32,000 bases of DNA from the NCBI RefSeq assembly GCF_029232205.1, contig NZ_CP107255.1, positions 810,001 through 842,000 on the forward strand. Direction: 5' to 3'. A program made the position numbers and the translations under genes. Below, piece by piece: positions 16,999 through 25,816 of this stretch; the stretch's first letter is position 1; each line of letters opens with the position of its first letter. Source of the DNA: Candidatus Saccharimonadota bacterium. GTDB lineage: Archaea; Nanohalarchaeota; Nanosalinia; Nanosalinales; Nanosalinaceae. The notes beneath the pieces are model-generated. The model searched no databases. It was not told the origin of the DNA and saw only the letters and a program-made list of their open reading frames with translations.

Positions 16999-17541
16999 AT
17001 GGCAGAAATCCTCTCACTCCAGACACTCGCAATACTATTTCTCATAGCAATAACAGGCCTCAACCTGCACAGCCCACAGAAATCAGAACACTTCAACGCT
17101 ACCTTGATCAGCATCACGGACGGAGACACCATAGATATTCAGATAAACGGAAGAAACGACACAGTAAGACTTCTCGGCGTTGACACACCCGAAACCCACT
17201 CCAGCAACAATCCCAAAGAATTCGGCCTCCAAGACACAGCCGAAAACAGAGCCTGCCTCGAAATATACGGGGAAGAAGCCGCAGAATATCTTGAAAGAAA
17301 CCTGGACAGCAGCATCAGAGTAGAGACAGATCCTTCAGCTGATAGAAGAGGGAGCTACGGAAGACTACTGGCCTACGTATACAGCGACAACACTTCAATC
17401 AACAAGCAACTACTGGAAAAAGGCCTTGCCAGAGTCTACACAGGAGAATTCACTAGGGAAAAAGAATACCTCAGAATAGAGAAAGAAGCAAAGGAAAAAG
17501 AGAAAGGCCTATGGAGCTGTCCCAATGCCGTAGCCAGATGA
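16999..17541 (+). CDS. Membrane-anchored or secreted staphylococcal-nuclease-like thermonuclease
   Basis: 180 aa. An N-terminal hydrophobic segment (LAILFLIAITGL) is followed by SNase motifs TDGDTIDI...VRLLGVDTPE, GRLLAYVY and LLEKGLARVY. Confidence 0.85.
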   Translation: MAEILSLQTLAILFLIAITGLNLHSPQKSEHFNATLISITDGDTIDIQINGRNDTVRLLGVDTPETHSSNNPKEFGLQDTAENRACLEIYGEEAAEYLERNLDSSIRVETDPSADRRGSYGRLLAYVYSDNTSINKQLLEKGLARVYTGEFTREKEYLRIEKEAKEKEKGLWSCPNAVAR

Positions 17542-18324
17542 ATCTCCACTAGGAAAGATCAATATCTTTCTCTCAGAGACATTCTCAGGACACTCATCGG
17601 CCTCAACAATTTCAACAGGATACTCTCCTTCAATCGTCACATTGCTGTCAGGCCTGACGCTCGCCCTACCTGTAATCTCAAGAGTTCTGCTGCCCTTCCA
17701 CAGAAGATCACTATCGTACTCTTCACGAACATAGAGACTCTTCCTCTCCGGAGCATAGATACATCCATCAAAGGAGGCCGTATCCACTCTTCTCGGAAGA
17801 TAGAAGTTGTTCGATACCGTTACCTCTCCCAGCACAAACTCGTCATCCATGCTGACATTGACAGAATCCTTCCAGTCATAGCTTTCATCGAGATCGCTGG
17901 TTGCAGCATCAACACCGACAAAAACCAGCGCCAATACTGCAATACCGGCAAGGGCCTGACGTGTATTCAGAGGCCACTCATAACCTTTCAAACGCTCCAG
18001 ATTATAACCAGCAACCATGAAGATCACAGCAGAAACTGCTAGAGCCAGTAAAACAACCGGCGGATTCAACTCAAAACGGAAAACAGTATAAGTTACAAAT
18101 ATTATAGCGCTGACACCGGAAAGGCCTGAAGTAATCAACTTGATCTCCTTACCTTCAAGCATCTGAGCAGCTACTGTAAAACCTGCAAAGGCCAGGAAAA
18201 GAAGCATTGATTTTGTCAAGACTGATAAAGAAATCTGAGTTCCAAGCAGGTATGTAGAGGCCGCTACCGCGAAAAAAGCACCTACAGAGTAAAATATTTG
18301 CTGTTGATCGAAGTCGAATTCCAT
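17509..18324 (-). CDS. Hypothetical polytopic membrane protein with a C-terminal soluble domain
   Basis: 271 aa, with about 5-6 predicted TM helices in the first ~140 aa. Its 3' end overlaps the convergent nuclease gene by 33 nt. I recognise no family. Confidence 0.5.
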   Translation of the reverse strand: MEFDFDQQQIFYSVGAFFAVAASTYLLGTQISLSVLTKSMLLFLAFAGFTVAAQMLEGKEIKLITSGLSGVSAIIFVTYTVFRFELNPPVVLLALAVSAVIFMVAGYNLERLKGYEWPLNTRQALAGIAVLALVFVGVDAATSDLDESYDWKDSVNVSMDDEFVLGEVTVSNNFYLPRRVDTASFDGCIYAPERKSLYVREEYDSDLLWKGSRTLEITGRASVRPDSNVTIEGEYPVEIVEADECPENVSERKILIFPSGDSSGYGIGTAP

Positions 18325-18346
18325 AGAGGCCTTATTGTTGGGCCTG

Positions 18347-18357
18347 TTTTAAAATAA
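18347..18357 (-). promoter_or_regulatory. TATA-like element (minus-strand sense TTATTTTAAAA) for the membrane-protein gene
   Basis: Centred about 28 nt upstream of the ATG at 18324. Confidence 0.35.
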
Positions 18358-18426
18358 TTTCTGAGGACTGTATCTTCAGAGACCGGGAAAGCATCTGTGC
18401 TTGACCGGATCGGTATGTGATAAATT

Positions 18427-18867
18427 ATGTCAAGAATGCACAAAAGTTCACGCGGAAGTTCAGGAAGTTCAAACCCTGTAGACAAGAAACAGCCAGACTG
18501 GCTTGACTACGACGAAGAAGAAGTTGCAGAACTTGTTCTGAAGCTTAAAGACGAGGGACATGACCCTTCACAGATCGGAATGAAGCTCAGAGATGAGTAC
18601 GGGATTCCAGACGTCAAGACAGTTACAGGAAAGAAAGTTACACAGATCCTGGAAGAAAACGACGCACAGGACGACCTGCCTGAAGACCTAAGCAACCTTG
18701 TCGAGAAGGCCTCCAACATCAAGGAGCACCTGGGAGACAACAAGAAGGACGAGAATGCAGAAAGAAGACTAAGCCTTGTAGAGGCCAAGATCAGAAGACT
18801 TGCCTCCTACTACAGAGAAGAAGGCCGAATCGACGAATCCTGGAAGTACAGCCGCGACGACCAGTAA
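18427..18867 (+). CDS. rps15: 30S ribosomal protein S15 (uS15; S13e-type N-terminus)
   Basis: 146 aa with MSRMHKSSRGSSGSS at the N-terminus and RRLSLVEAKIRRLASYY near the C-terminus. Confidence 0.9.
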   Translation: MSRMHKSSRGSSGSSNPVDKKQPDWLDYDEEEVAELVLKLKDEGHDPSQIGMKLRDEYGIPDVKTVTGKKVTQILEENDAQDDLPEDLSNLVEKASNIKEHLGDNKKDENAERRLSLVEAKIRRLASYYREEGRIDESWKYSRDDQ

Positions 18868-18960
18868 ATAACCACACATTTTCCTTTCTACTTTCTATTT
18901 ACCTCTTCAATTCTGCTCCTGCATAAAGGATAAAAGAGATTCTAACTGAACTGAAAATTA

Positions 18961-20331
18961 ATGGTTCAAGACATTCTAGACGCAGCCCAGCCAGCTGCAG
19001 AAAAGATCAGAGACTACGAAGGAAAAATCCGGTTAATCGGCCAGTACGACGCCGACGGCATCAACGCTACCGCAATAGCATACCAGATGCTGGAAAGACT
19101 TGGAAAAGACTTCGAATACGAAATAATAAGACAGCTATACGAGGAAGACGTCGAAAGACTAGCAGAAGAAGACGAAGAACTCCTCCTGTTCGTAGACATC
19201 GGATCAGGCCAGTCAAAATTCATCAAAGAATACATAATCGAAAACACCGACAAAGAAGTAATTGTCAGCGACCACCACGAACCACAGATAGAAGGAGACG
19301 ACGAAAGATTCATCCACATGAACCCTCACTTCCTGGGCCACGACGGAGGAGAAGCAATCTCAGCAGCAGGAATGACCTATCTTTTAGCGAAGGCCGTCGA
19401 CGAAGAAAACCACGACCTAATCAAATACGCGCTGATCGGAGCAACAGGCGACGTCCAAAAACAGGAAGGAGAATTCATGGGCCTAAACAAAGACTTGGCA
19501 GAAGAAGCAATCGAAAACGGCCACATAGAAAAACGAAAAGGCCTCGATCTCTACGGAAGATCTACCAAACCACTCCAGAAATCACTGATGTACACCACAG
19601 ACCCTCATCTGGAAGGAGTCAGCAACAATGAGTCCGGTGCCATCCAACTGGTTAAAAGCGCAGGAATCGACATCAGAGAGAACGGTGACTTCCGCACACT
19701 GTCAGACCTAGACGAGGCAGAGGAGAAGAAACTAATCAACGCAATGATCCGCCGCGGATTCCCAGTCCAGCAGCTTCTCAACGATATCTACACACTGGAC
19801 AACGGCTACGAAATCGATGAATTCTCAACAGTCATTAACGCATGCGGCCGACTCGGAGAACCCAAGAAAGGAGTCAAAATACTTCTAGAAAACGACCTCA
19901 AACTCGCAGACAAGATCTCAACAAAATACGGAAGAAAAATCTCCTCCTCACTACGCTACGTCGAAAACAACAAGGAAGACAAAGACGTAGTATACGAAAA
20001 AACAATCGGAGTAATCGACGGAAAAGACAACATCGAAGACGACTTCATCGGAACCGTCACCACCATAACCATGAGCAACGGCCTCTTCAACTCACCAGTC
20101 GTCATGGGAATCGCAGAATCCGACAAAGACAAGATGAAAGTATCCTCCAGAGCATCCAAAGACGCAGTAGAAGCAGGCCTCAACCTCGGAGAAGTAATAG
20201 AAGCAATCTGCGAAGAAATAGACGGCGAAGGAGGAGGCCACAACATCGCAGCAGGAGCAATGATACCAGAAAGCGAGAAAGAAAAATTCATCGAAAGACT
20301 CAACGAGGAAATAGAGGCCCTCGTCTCCTAA
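18961..20331 (+). CDS. Archaeal RecJ/GAN-like DHH-family phosphoesterase
   Basis: 456 aa with DHH motifs QYDADGI, VDIGSG and VSDHH, plus the DHHA1 motif GGGHNIAAGA. It is adjacent to S15, as is common in archaea. Confidence 0.8.
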   Translation: MVQDILDAAQPAAEKIRDYEGKIRLIGQYDADGINATAIAYQMLERLGKDFEYEIIRQLYEEDVERLAEEDEELLLFVDIGSGQSKFIKEYIIENTDKEVIVSDHHEPQIEGDDERFIHMNPHFLGHDGGEAISAAGMTYLLAKAVDEENHDLIKYALIGATGDVQKQEGEFMGLNKDLAEEAIENGHIEKRKGLDLYGRSTKPLQKSLMYTTDPHLEGVSNNESGAIQLVKSAGIDIRENGDFRTLSDLDEAEEKKLINAMIRRGFPVQQLLNDIYTLDNGYEIDEFSTVINACGRLGEPKKGVKILLENDLKLADKISTKYGRKISSSLRYVENNKEDKDVVYEKTIGVIDGKDNIEDDFIGTVTTITMSNGLFNSPVVMGIAESDKDKMKVSSRASKDAVEAGLNLGEVIEAICEEIDGEGGGHNIAAGAMIPESEKEKFIERLNEEIEALVS

Positions 20332-20332
20332 T

Positions 20333-23188
20333 TTACTGAAAAACAAGACTCTTTATCTTGGAGGAGGAAAGGCCTCCAGCATACACTCTTAACTCGTCAA
20401 CAGCGCCATCGTAATTTCTGGTGACAGTGATCTTCTGACTGGAAACAGTATCTGAAAAGGCCTTACTTGCGACTTTTTCTCCACCAACATACAAGGAGAT
20501 AGAAGAGCCATTGTAGACTGCTGAAATCTTATTCCATTTCTCAAAAGGCCTCTCAAACCTCAAAAATTCATCATTTACTTCGAAGACTGCCTCGGACTCT
20601 GACATTGATAGAGAAATATTATCGGAATGGACAATTTCAGGCCTGGCCTGTTCCTCACCTATACTTACTGAAGGTGTTGGCTCAACGTACTTTCTTATCT
20701 TGATGTTTCTAACCCAGTGATAATTATTTGCGCCACCAGTTCTTGCTCCAAAACCAAAGTAATTACCTATATTAAAGTTGGAGTAGGCCTGAACACCTGA
20801 AGTCTGGTTGCCAAGAGTTTGAAGTTTGAAATGAAGTTTACTTCCGTTCCTGTAACCGTATGCTGACGCAGTCTCCCATTGATTTGTCCTAGGGTTTTTA
20901 TTGAAGCTGCCGAAGTTACCGCACTGCGTATTATTTCCGACACCGATACAGTTATCGTGATCATTCAATATCCAGGACAAAGCATTGCCATCAACATCTT
21001 CAGTACTAGGAATACCTGAAGCCCAGCTGTAAAGCCATAGAGCATCAGCATCAGTACCGTTACCGATGTAGTAATCCCAGGAGGCCTTCCAGCCAGGTTG
21101 TGGAGTTCCCTGAGAGTAGTTGAGAGATCCTCTCTGGCCATCAACATTAGCGGTTAACTCCACATACTCCTCCTCTTGATTGTAATTAGCATCATTAGTC
21201 AGTGTTCCATCATAGCCCGATCCAAACAGATCGTAAACATAGTAGGCCTTCTCAGGATTCTCTCCTGCCGTCGCCTCGCTTCCATAATACATCCATATTC
21301 TGGTCTTCTCACCGGCAGGAAGGCTGTCAACCTCAACAACAACCTCTGTAGAATCAGTATTACAGCCTGAAACCACGTCATGATACAGGCGAGAACCCTC
21401 CAGAGAATAGAACCTGAGATCAGAGCAATCAGACCTCATCTTCCCATCCTGAACTAGAGACGCAGTATCAACCGTAAAGTTAACCTGATAGTTACTCAGA
21501 TCCTGGCCCGAACCCTCCTGAACGGAAACCGACTTACGGTACTCAAAAAGCAGATCATCCCAATCAGAAGAAGGTTCAGCCCACGCAGAAAAAGTGAAAT
21601 TATCCTGTATCGATCTCCCTGTAGAAATATTCCGAGAAGCACCAGGACCAAGAGAACCCGAACTCAAAACCCCTTCAGCAGAAAAACCAGCAGAATCATA
21701 GGCCTCCTTTCTGTTCCCCGACTCAAAATCCCATCTACCCACCAGGCCTTCAGAAACACTCTCTCCATTATAGAGAGACTGAATCTCAGAAGAAGTAAGT
21801 GAACGTCTATACACGCGAGCATCATCGATCCTGCCATCAAACCAGCCATTATTCTTATCTCGAACCCCTATGAAAAGATCCTGAGTGCTCCCTGCCAAGG
21901 CCATCTGCGTAGTTGAAGACTCCATTACCCCATCCACATACATCTTCATTCTACTACCATTCCAAGTACCCACAATATGATGCCAAGACCCGTCAGCAAC
22001 CATTGTATTACCGCGCAACTCAGTATGCCCCTTATTCAATTTGCCTGCATAAACACCAAACTCCGGCTCACCGTTCTCAACCGTGATCCTGTAACCCTCA
22101 TCATCACTATCCTGCGTATCAATTATACCTCTAGTATCAGAGCTATTATCTGTTTTGACCCAAGCTGACAAAGTCAGCTCCGACCTGATTTTAAGCCAGG
22201 GACTATTCTCTACTCTAACTCTGTCATCCTCGCCATCAAACATCAGCGCATGATCACCAACTTTGCCAGAAACCCAGCCGCTAGAAGAATTATAATCAAA
22301 ATTCTCTAAATCGCCGTTCAGGCCTCCAGAAAACCAGTTAAGGCCTTGACTACCAGCATAAGTTTTGACAGAAGGCCTGTTAACAGGAGTTTCCTTCACC
22401 CATCCGCTTCCTGTATCTAAATTGTTGTCGTCGAAGTTTCTTGGCTCGGCTGTCCCAGAAGTTGCTTTATCGCTAAGACATTTTTGAGAGGTGGTTACGT
22501 CGCAGCCTAAAGGGCCTTCATTGAAGCTATAGTACCTTACTAGAGATTTTTGTGTAGCAAATTGCTCATTGTAGATACTTTCAATTTGAGAACTGTTTAG
22601 GCCTTCGCTGTACACTCTCACATCATCAATATAGCCATCCCAAGGATGTGTGACTCCTCCTTCATATTCGGAACCAATAGTTAATCTTTCGGTATTGTTC
22701 CTCAACAACTCATCCGGAGAGTCAAAGGTATTAAGCAGAGATCCATTATAGAAAATTTTCATGTGAGTGCCATTAAGAGAGACCGCAATATGCTGCCATC
22801 TTCCTGTTTCAATAACCCTATCAGAATCCCAGTTTAATCTACCGCTTCCTTCAAAGCCGAAAACCACGTGAAACTCTCCATTATCTCTAGTAAAGAGCTC
22901 AAAAACATCAGTAGAGGATTCGCTTGCACCTCCTTTCTGTAATACAGTTATACCTGACTTCTGACGCGGATAAACCCAAGCAGAATAAGTAATCTCATCT
23001 GAAACATTCATTGAACGTGTACTTTTCTGATCAACCAAAACATAATCATCACTACCATCGAACTCCAGACTGTAGCCACGAGAAACCTGAGGATCATCAA
23101 ACCTCCAGTATCCTTCGAGCTGGGCCGCAGAAGACCCGGCAAATGCCAGGAGTATAGCTGCAAAAATTACTGCTTTTGAGGAGTTCAC
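20333..23188 (-). CDS. Large secreted multi-lectin protein: repeated LamG/concanavalin-like domains, a DUF2341-like domain and an L-type-lectin-like domain
   Basis: 951 aa with a GTG start and a signal peptide (MNSSKAVIFAAILLAFAGSSAAQ). Recurrent LamG C-terminal motifs are present (DDVRVYSEGLNSSQIESIYN, DDARVYRRSLTSSEIQSLYNG, VDELRVYAGGLSSSKIKSLV). There is a DUF2341-like block (YRKSVSVQEGSGQDLSNYQVNFTVD...CSDLRFYS). There is also a legume-lectin-like block (ADALWLY...GFGARTGGANNYHWVRNI). Confidence 0.75.
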   Translation of the reverse strand: MNSSKAVIFAAILLAFAGSSAAQLEGYWRFDDPQVSRGYSLEFDGSDDYVLVDQKSTRSMNVSDEITYSAWVYPRQKSGITVLQKGGASESSTDVFELFTRDNGEFHVVFGFEGSGRLNWDSDRVIETGRWQHIAVSLNGTHMKIFYNGSLLNTFDSPDELLRNNTERLTIGSEYEGGVTHPWDGYIDDVRVYSEGLNSSQIESIYNEQFATQKSLVRYYSFNEGPLGCDVTTSQKCLSDKATSGTAEPRNFDDNNLDTGSGWVKETPVNRPSVKTYAGSQGLNWFSGGLNGDLENFDYNSSSGWVSGKVGDHALMFDGEDDRVRVENSPWLKIRSELTLSAWVKTDNSSDTRGIIDTQDSDDEGYRITVENGEPEFGVYAGKLNKGHTELRGNTMVADGSWHHIVGTWNGSRMKMYVDGVMESSTTQMALAGSTQDLFIGVRDKNNGWFDGRIDDARVYRRSLTSSEIQSLYNGESVSEGLVGRWDFESGNRKEAYDSAGFSAEGVLSSGSLGPGASRNISTGRSIQDNFTFSAWAEPSSDWDDLLFEYRKSVSVQEGSGQDLSNYQVNFTVDTASLVQDGKMRSDCSDLRFYSLEGSRLYHDVVSGCNTDSTEVVVEVDSLPAGEKTRIWMYYGSEATAGENPEKAYYVYDLFGSGYDGTLTNDANYNQEEEYVELTANVDGQRGSLNYSQGTPQPGWKASWDYYIGNGTDADALWLYSWASGIPSTEDVDGNALSWILNDHDNCIGVGNNTQCGNFGSFNKNPRTNQWETASAYGYRNGSKLHFKLQTLGNQTSGVQAYSNFNIGNYFGFGARTGGANNYHWVRNIKIRKYVEPTPSVSIGEEQARPEIVHSDNISLSMSESEAVFEVNDEFLRFERPFEKWNKISAVYNGSSISLYVGGEKVASKAFSDTVSSQKITVTRNYDGAVDELRVYAGGLSSSKIKSLVFQ

Positions 23189-23194
23189 TGTCTA

Positions 23195-23208
23195 GAAAAG
23201 GCCTTTTC
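23195..23208 (-). terminator. Perfect 14-nt palindrome GAAAAGGCCTTTTC between the HExxH gene stop and the lectin gene promoter
   Basis: Self-complementary sequence read directly. It lies downstream of the 23241 stop on the minus strand. A terminator role is inferred. Confidence 0.3.
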
Positions 23209-23211
23209 TCG

Positions 23212-23219
23212 AATAAATT
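23212..23219 (-). promoter_or_regulatory. TATA-like box (minus-strand sense AATTTATT) for the multi-lectin gene
   Basis: Centred about 27 nt upstream of the GTG at 23188. Confidence 0.35.
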
Positions 23220-23240
23220 GGTTTGGTATTGAGCTGGGAT

Positions 23241-23987
23241 TTAATCGTAGAGATGGTTTACCGACTCTTCTACCTGATCTCTTAGCCATTCTTTACTCAT
23301 TTCCAGTGGTTCATCTACACCCATGTCTTCACGGTTTATGATATCAGAGTAGACTTCCTGAGCTATTACATATCCTATTCCTTCCCATTCACTGTCCATG
23401 CTGAAGATCGAGCTAGTATTATCTCTATCATACCTCTCTCCCTGCCATTCTCTGTTCTTATCAAGTTCTGCGACAACCTCAGCTGCCGGTCCTTCGTACT
23501 CACGAGGATCTCCTCTCCAGGGATACTCTTTTTCTTCTCTAACGAGTTTCTCTCTATGAAGAGCGTGGCCTTCAAGAATCATTGACTCCCACACAACGTG
23601 ATCAAGATCGCTGATATGATCAAAAAATTCCTGGTGAGCTTCTTCGTGGACAACCATGTTTTTCAGGCCAGCCTCCCAGTAATCAGATTCCATAGAGGCC
23701 GCTACAAAAACTGCGTTTCTTTCAGCATGTCCGTGGGCCTCTTTACCGAGAGAGTAACCTCTGAAGTAGAGGCCTTCAGGAGTTCCTTCTGGCAGCTTTT
23801 CAGTATCTACTTCTGCAATTATTACATCGAATTCAGCTTCCATTCCAAGCACATCTCTGATATCCTGAAATGCTTGCTCAGTCTCCTGCCTGAATGATTC
23901 AAAGTTTTCCGGCTCCTCAACTACATCGGAGAAAAACTCCGGAACTGTCTCGGCGTGAGTTTCTGGATCGTATTTTTCGAATCTCAT
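23241..23987 (-). CDS. Hypothetical protein with an HExxH motif (putative Zn-metallopeptidase-like)
   Basis: Contains MVVHEEAHQEF plus further His and Glu residues downstream. I prefer the ATG at 23987 (MRFEKYDPE...), because the ORF-track GTG at 24008 is only 3 nt from the TATA box. Confidence 0.5.
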   Translation of the reverse strand: MRFEKYDPETHAETVPEFFSDVVEEPENFESFRQETEQAFQDIRDVLGMEAEFDVIIAEVDTEKLPEGTPEGLYFRGYSLGKEAHGHAERNAVFVAASMESDYWEAGLKNMVVHEEAHQEFFDHISDLDHVVWESMILEGHALHREKLVREEKEYPWRGDPREYEGPAAEVVAELDKNREWQGERYDRDNTSSIFSMDSEWEGIGYVIAQEVYSDIINREDMGVDEPLEMSKEWLRDQVEESVNHLYD

Positions 23988-24010
23988 ACAACCACATAGA
24001 AGACACACCG

Positions 24011-24018
24011 TTTATAAA
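24011..24018. promoter_or_regulatory. Palindromic TATA box TTTATAAA shared by divergent genes
   Basis: The centre (24014.5) is 26.5 nt from the S3Ae ATG (24041) and 27.5 nt from the ATG at 23987 on the other strand. Confidence 0.5.
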
Positions 24019-24040
24019 GTTTTGAGTTTGAGTTCTTGGT

Positions 24041-24595
24041 ATGGCTAAGGCTGTTATTCAGAAAAACTGGTACGAGATTCAGGCACCGGACATTTTCAGT
24101 GTCGACGAAGTAGGCGAGACACCTGCCGAGAAACAATCACAGGTAATTGGCAGAACAGTAAAGGAAGGCCTGAACGAAATGATGGAAGAAACAAGCAAAT
24201 ACTACGTAGATGTAACCCTGAAGGTTACAGAAGTTGAAGGTAACAAGGCCTTCACAGAAATTGATGGAATGGAGTGTTCTTCCGAATTTGTTTCAAGAAT
24301 GATTAGAAAAAGATCCGACAGAATGGATCTGGTACACGACACAAATACAAAAGACGGTAGAAAGGTCAGAGTAAAGGTTATCGGAGCAACACTGAAGAAG
24401 ACTTCCTCCGAAACACTCAAGGCCGTAAGAAAAGAACTCTCAGATATCCTCGACGAGAAAGCTTCCGAACAGAGTTACGAGGAGTTCATGGAGAACATCT
24501 TCCTCGACAACGTACAGGAAGACATGAGAGAAGCAGCCAACGAGATCTACCCATTCCGAGAGCTCGAGATCAGAAAGACCGAGCTCAAAGAATAA
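24041..24595 (+). CDS. rps3ae: 30S ribosomal protein S3Ae (eS1)
   Basis: 184 aa with KNWYEIQAPDIF at the N-terminus and a length typical of the S3Ae family. Confidence 0.9.
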   Translation: MAKAVIQKNWYEIQAPDIFSVDEVGETPAEKQSQVIGRTVKEGLNEMMEETSKYYVDVTLKVTEVEGNKAFTEIDGMECSSEFVSRMIRKRSDRMDLVHDTNTKDGRKVRVKVIGATLKKTSSETLKAVRKELSDILDEKASEQSYEEFMENIFLDNVQEDMREAANEIYPFRELEIRKTELKE

Positions 24596-24640
24596 ACTTT
24601 TTCTTCCTCTTACCTATTTCTACTTACATTTTAGAGCATC

Positions 24641-24649
24641 TTTTTTATT
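24641..24649 (+). promoter_or_regulatory. TATA-like box (TTTTTTATT) for the RDD gene
   Basis: Centred about 28 nt upstream of the ATG at 24673. Confidence 0.35.
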
Positions 24650-24672
24650 CCAGACAAGCTATAACACATGAT

Positions 24673-25203
24673 ATGGCAAGTTATGGACGAGCTCCTACTA
24701 GACAGGACACAGACGTAATTGGAAAAAGAGTTGGCGCACAGCTAGTCGACCTATTCGCTGTTGGAGTACTCTCATTCGTAATCCTGCTATTCATGGGATT
24801 CCTGGGAGCTGCAGCAGGAGGATCAGAAAGCGCAGTAGCAGCACTGATGAACAGCCTGGGCTACCTAGTCATCACAGGCCTTCTGATCGGATACAGCTTT
24901 ATCCTGGAAACAGTCTGGAACGGCCAGACAATCGGAAAAAGACTGTTTGGAATCAGAGTAGTCAAAGAAAACGGAGACGAACTCGACGCAGCAGGATCAC
25001 TGATCAGAAACCTTCCAGGCCTAGCATCACTGGGCTTAATCGCCTACCTGGTAGCACTGCTTTCAATGGCATCAAGCGACATGAGACAGAGACTTTTCGA
25101 CAGACTCGCAGGCACAGTAGTAGTCACAGAACACCCACAGAACAATCCACAGCCACAGCAGAACCAGCAGCCAGCACAACAACAGCAAAGGCCTCCACAG
25201 TAA
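24673..25203 (+). CDS. RDD-family membrane protein with a Q/P-rich C-terminal tail
   Basis: 176 aa with GKRVGAQLVDLFAVGVL, QTIGKRLFGIRVV and three hydrophobic segments. The tail is PQNNPQPQQNQQPAQQQQRPPQ. Confidence 0.7.
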   Translation: MASYGRAPTRQDTDVIGKRVGAQLVDLFAVGVLSFVILLFMGFLGAAAGGSESAVAALMNSLGYLVITGLLIGYSFILETVWNGQTIGKRLFGIRVVKENGDELDAAGSLIRNLPGLASLGLIAYLVALLSMASSDMRQRLFDRLAGTVVVTEHPQNNPQPQQNQQPAQQQQRPPQ

Positions 25204-25231
25204 AGAGGCCCGCTTTTACTTTTCCTCTTTT

Positions 25232-25621
25232 TTATCTTAACTCATCCAGCTCACTGTAAAGCTGATCCATACCACCATTCTCTCCGTACGGCATCAACTT
25301 TACCTCCGCACCCTGCGGAATACTGTGATAACGGCCTCCAGGAAACTCGTAAACCTCGCCATCCAGAAGCTTATCATAAACATTCTCACCTAAAACAACC
25401 TCAAAATCACCAATATCGCCGTTCTCAACCTCTCTACCAACTACAGGCCTCTGAAAATGCAGATCCTCCTCATAGGACACATACATATCACCAGCACCTA
25501 GATCTCTGTTATCAGCATCAGCTACAGAACCAGTAACAGGCCCTTCATCAAGATTTTCAAGCTCTCCTTCATCGAAGAAGACGTAAAGTTCACCGGTATC
25601 ATCCGAGAAATTTGCAATCAT
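25232..25621 (-). CDS. Hypothetical acidic protein (129 aa)
   Basis: Clean ORF with codon and strand composition like its neighbours. I recognise no family. Confidence 0.45.
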   Translation of the reverse strand: MIANFSDDTGELYVFFDEGELENLDEGPVTGSVADADNRDLGAGDMYVSYEEDLHFQRPVVGREVENGDIGDFEVVLGENVYDKLLDGEVYEFPGGRYHSIPQGAEVKLMPYGENGGMDQLYSELDELR

Positions 25622-25690
25622 TTTCTACTTCGCATCATAACAAATAGCACCGAAAGCTTAAACCGCAAACCCCTCCACCAGCGTATCTAC

Positions 25691-25698
25691 TATAAAGA
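25691..25698 (+). promoter_or_regulatory. TATA box (TATAAAGA) for tRNA-Lys
   Basis: Located 42-49 nt upstream of the mature tRNA 5' end, which implies a short 5' leader. Confidence 0.45.
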
Positions 25699-25739
25699 TT
25701 TTCCACCTCAATACAACACACAGACATCAACACTACCCT

Positions 25740-25813
25740 GGGCCGGTAGCTCAGTCTGGCAGAGCGCTTGGCTCTTAACCAAGTGGTCGCGGGTTCAAAT
25801 CCCGTCTGGCCCA
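25740..25813 (+). tRNA. tRNA-Lys (anticodon CUU), 74 nt, no intron, CCA not encoded
   Basis: Hand-folded cloverleaf. Acceptor stem GGGCCGG/CTGGCCC (one G-T pair), D stem GCTC/GAGC, anticodon stem CTTGG/CCAAG with loop CT-CTT-AA, T arm GCGGG-TTCAAAT-CCCGT, discriminator A. Confidence 0.9.
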
Positions 25814-25816
25814 AAC

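Noticed and set aside
19842-20339. 165-aa arginine-rich alternate-frame ORF; similar ones occur at 3850-4125, 7306-7545 and 8271-8498
   Set aside because: All are same-strand frame-shifted readings of purine-rich (aga/gaa) coding sequence inside well-supported genes (RecJ-like, aIF2-gamma, RimK, GCS2). Their composition is typical of off-frame artefacts.
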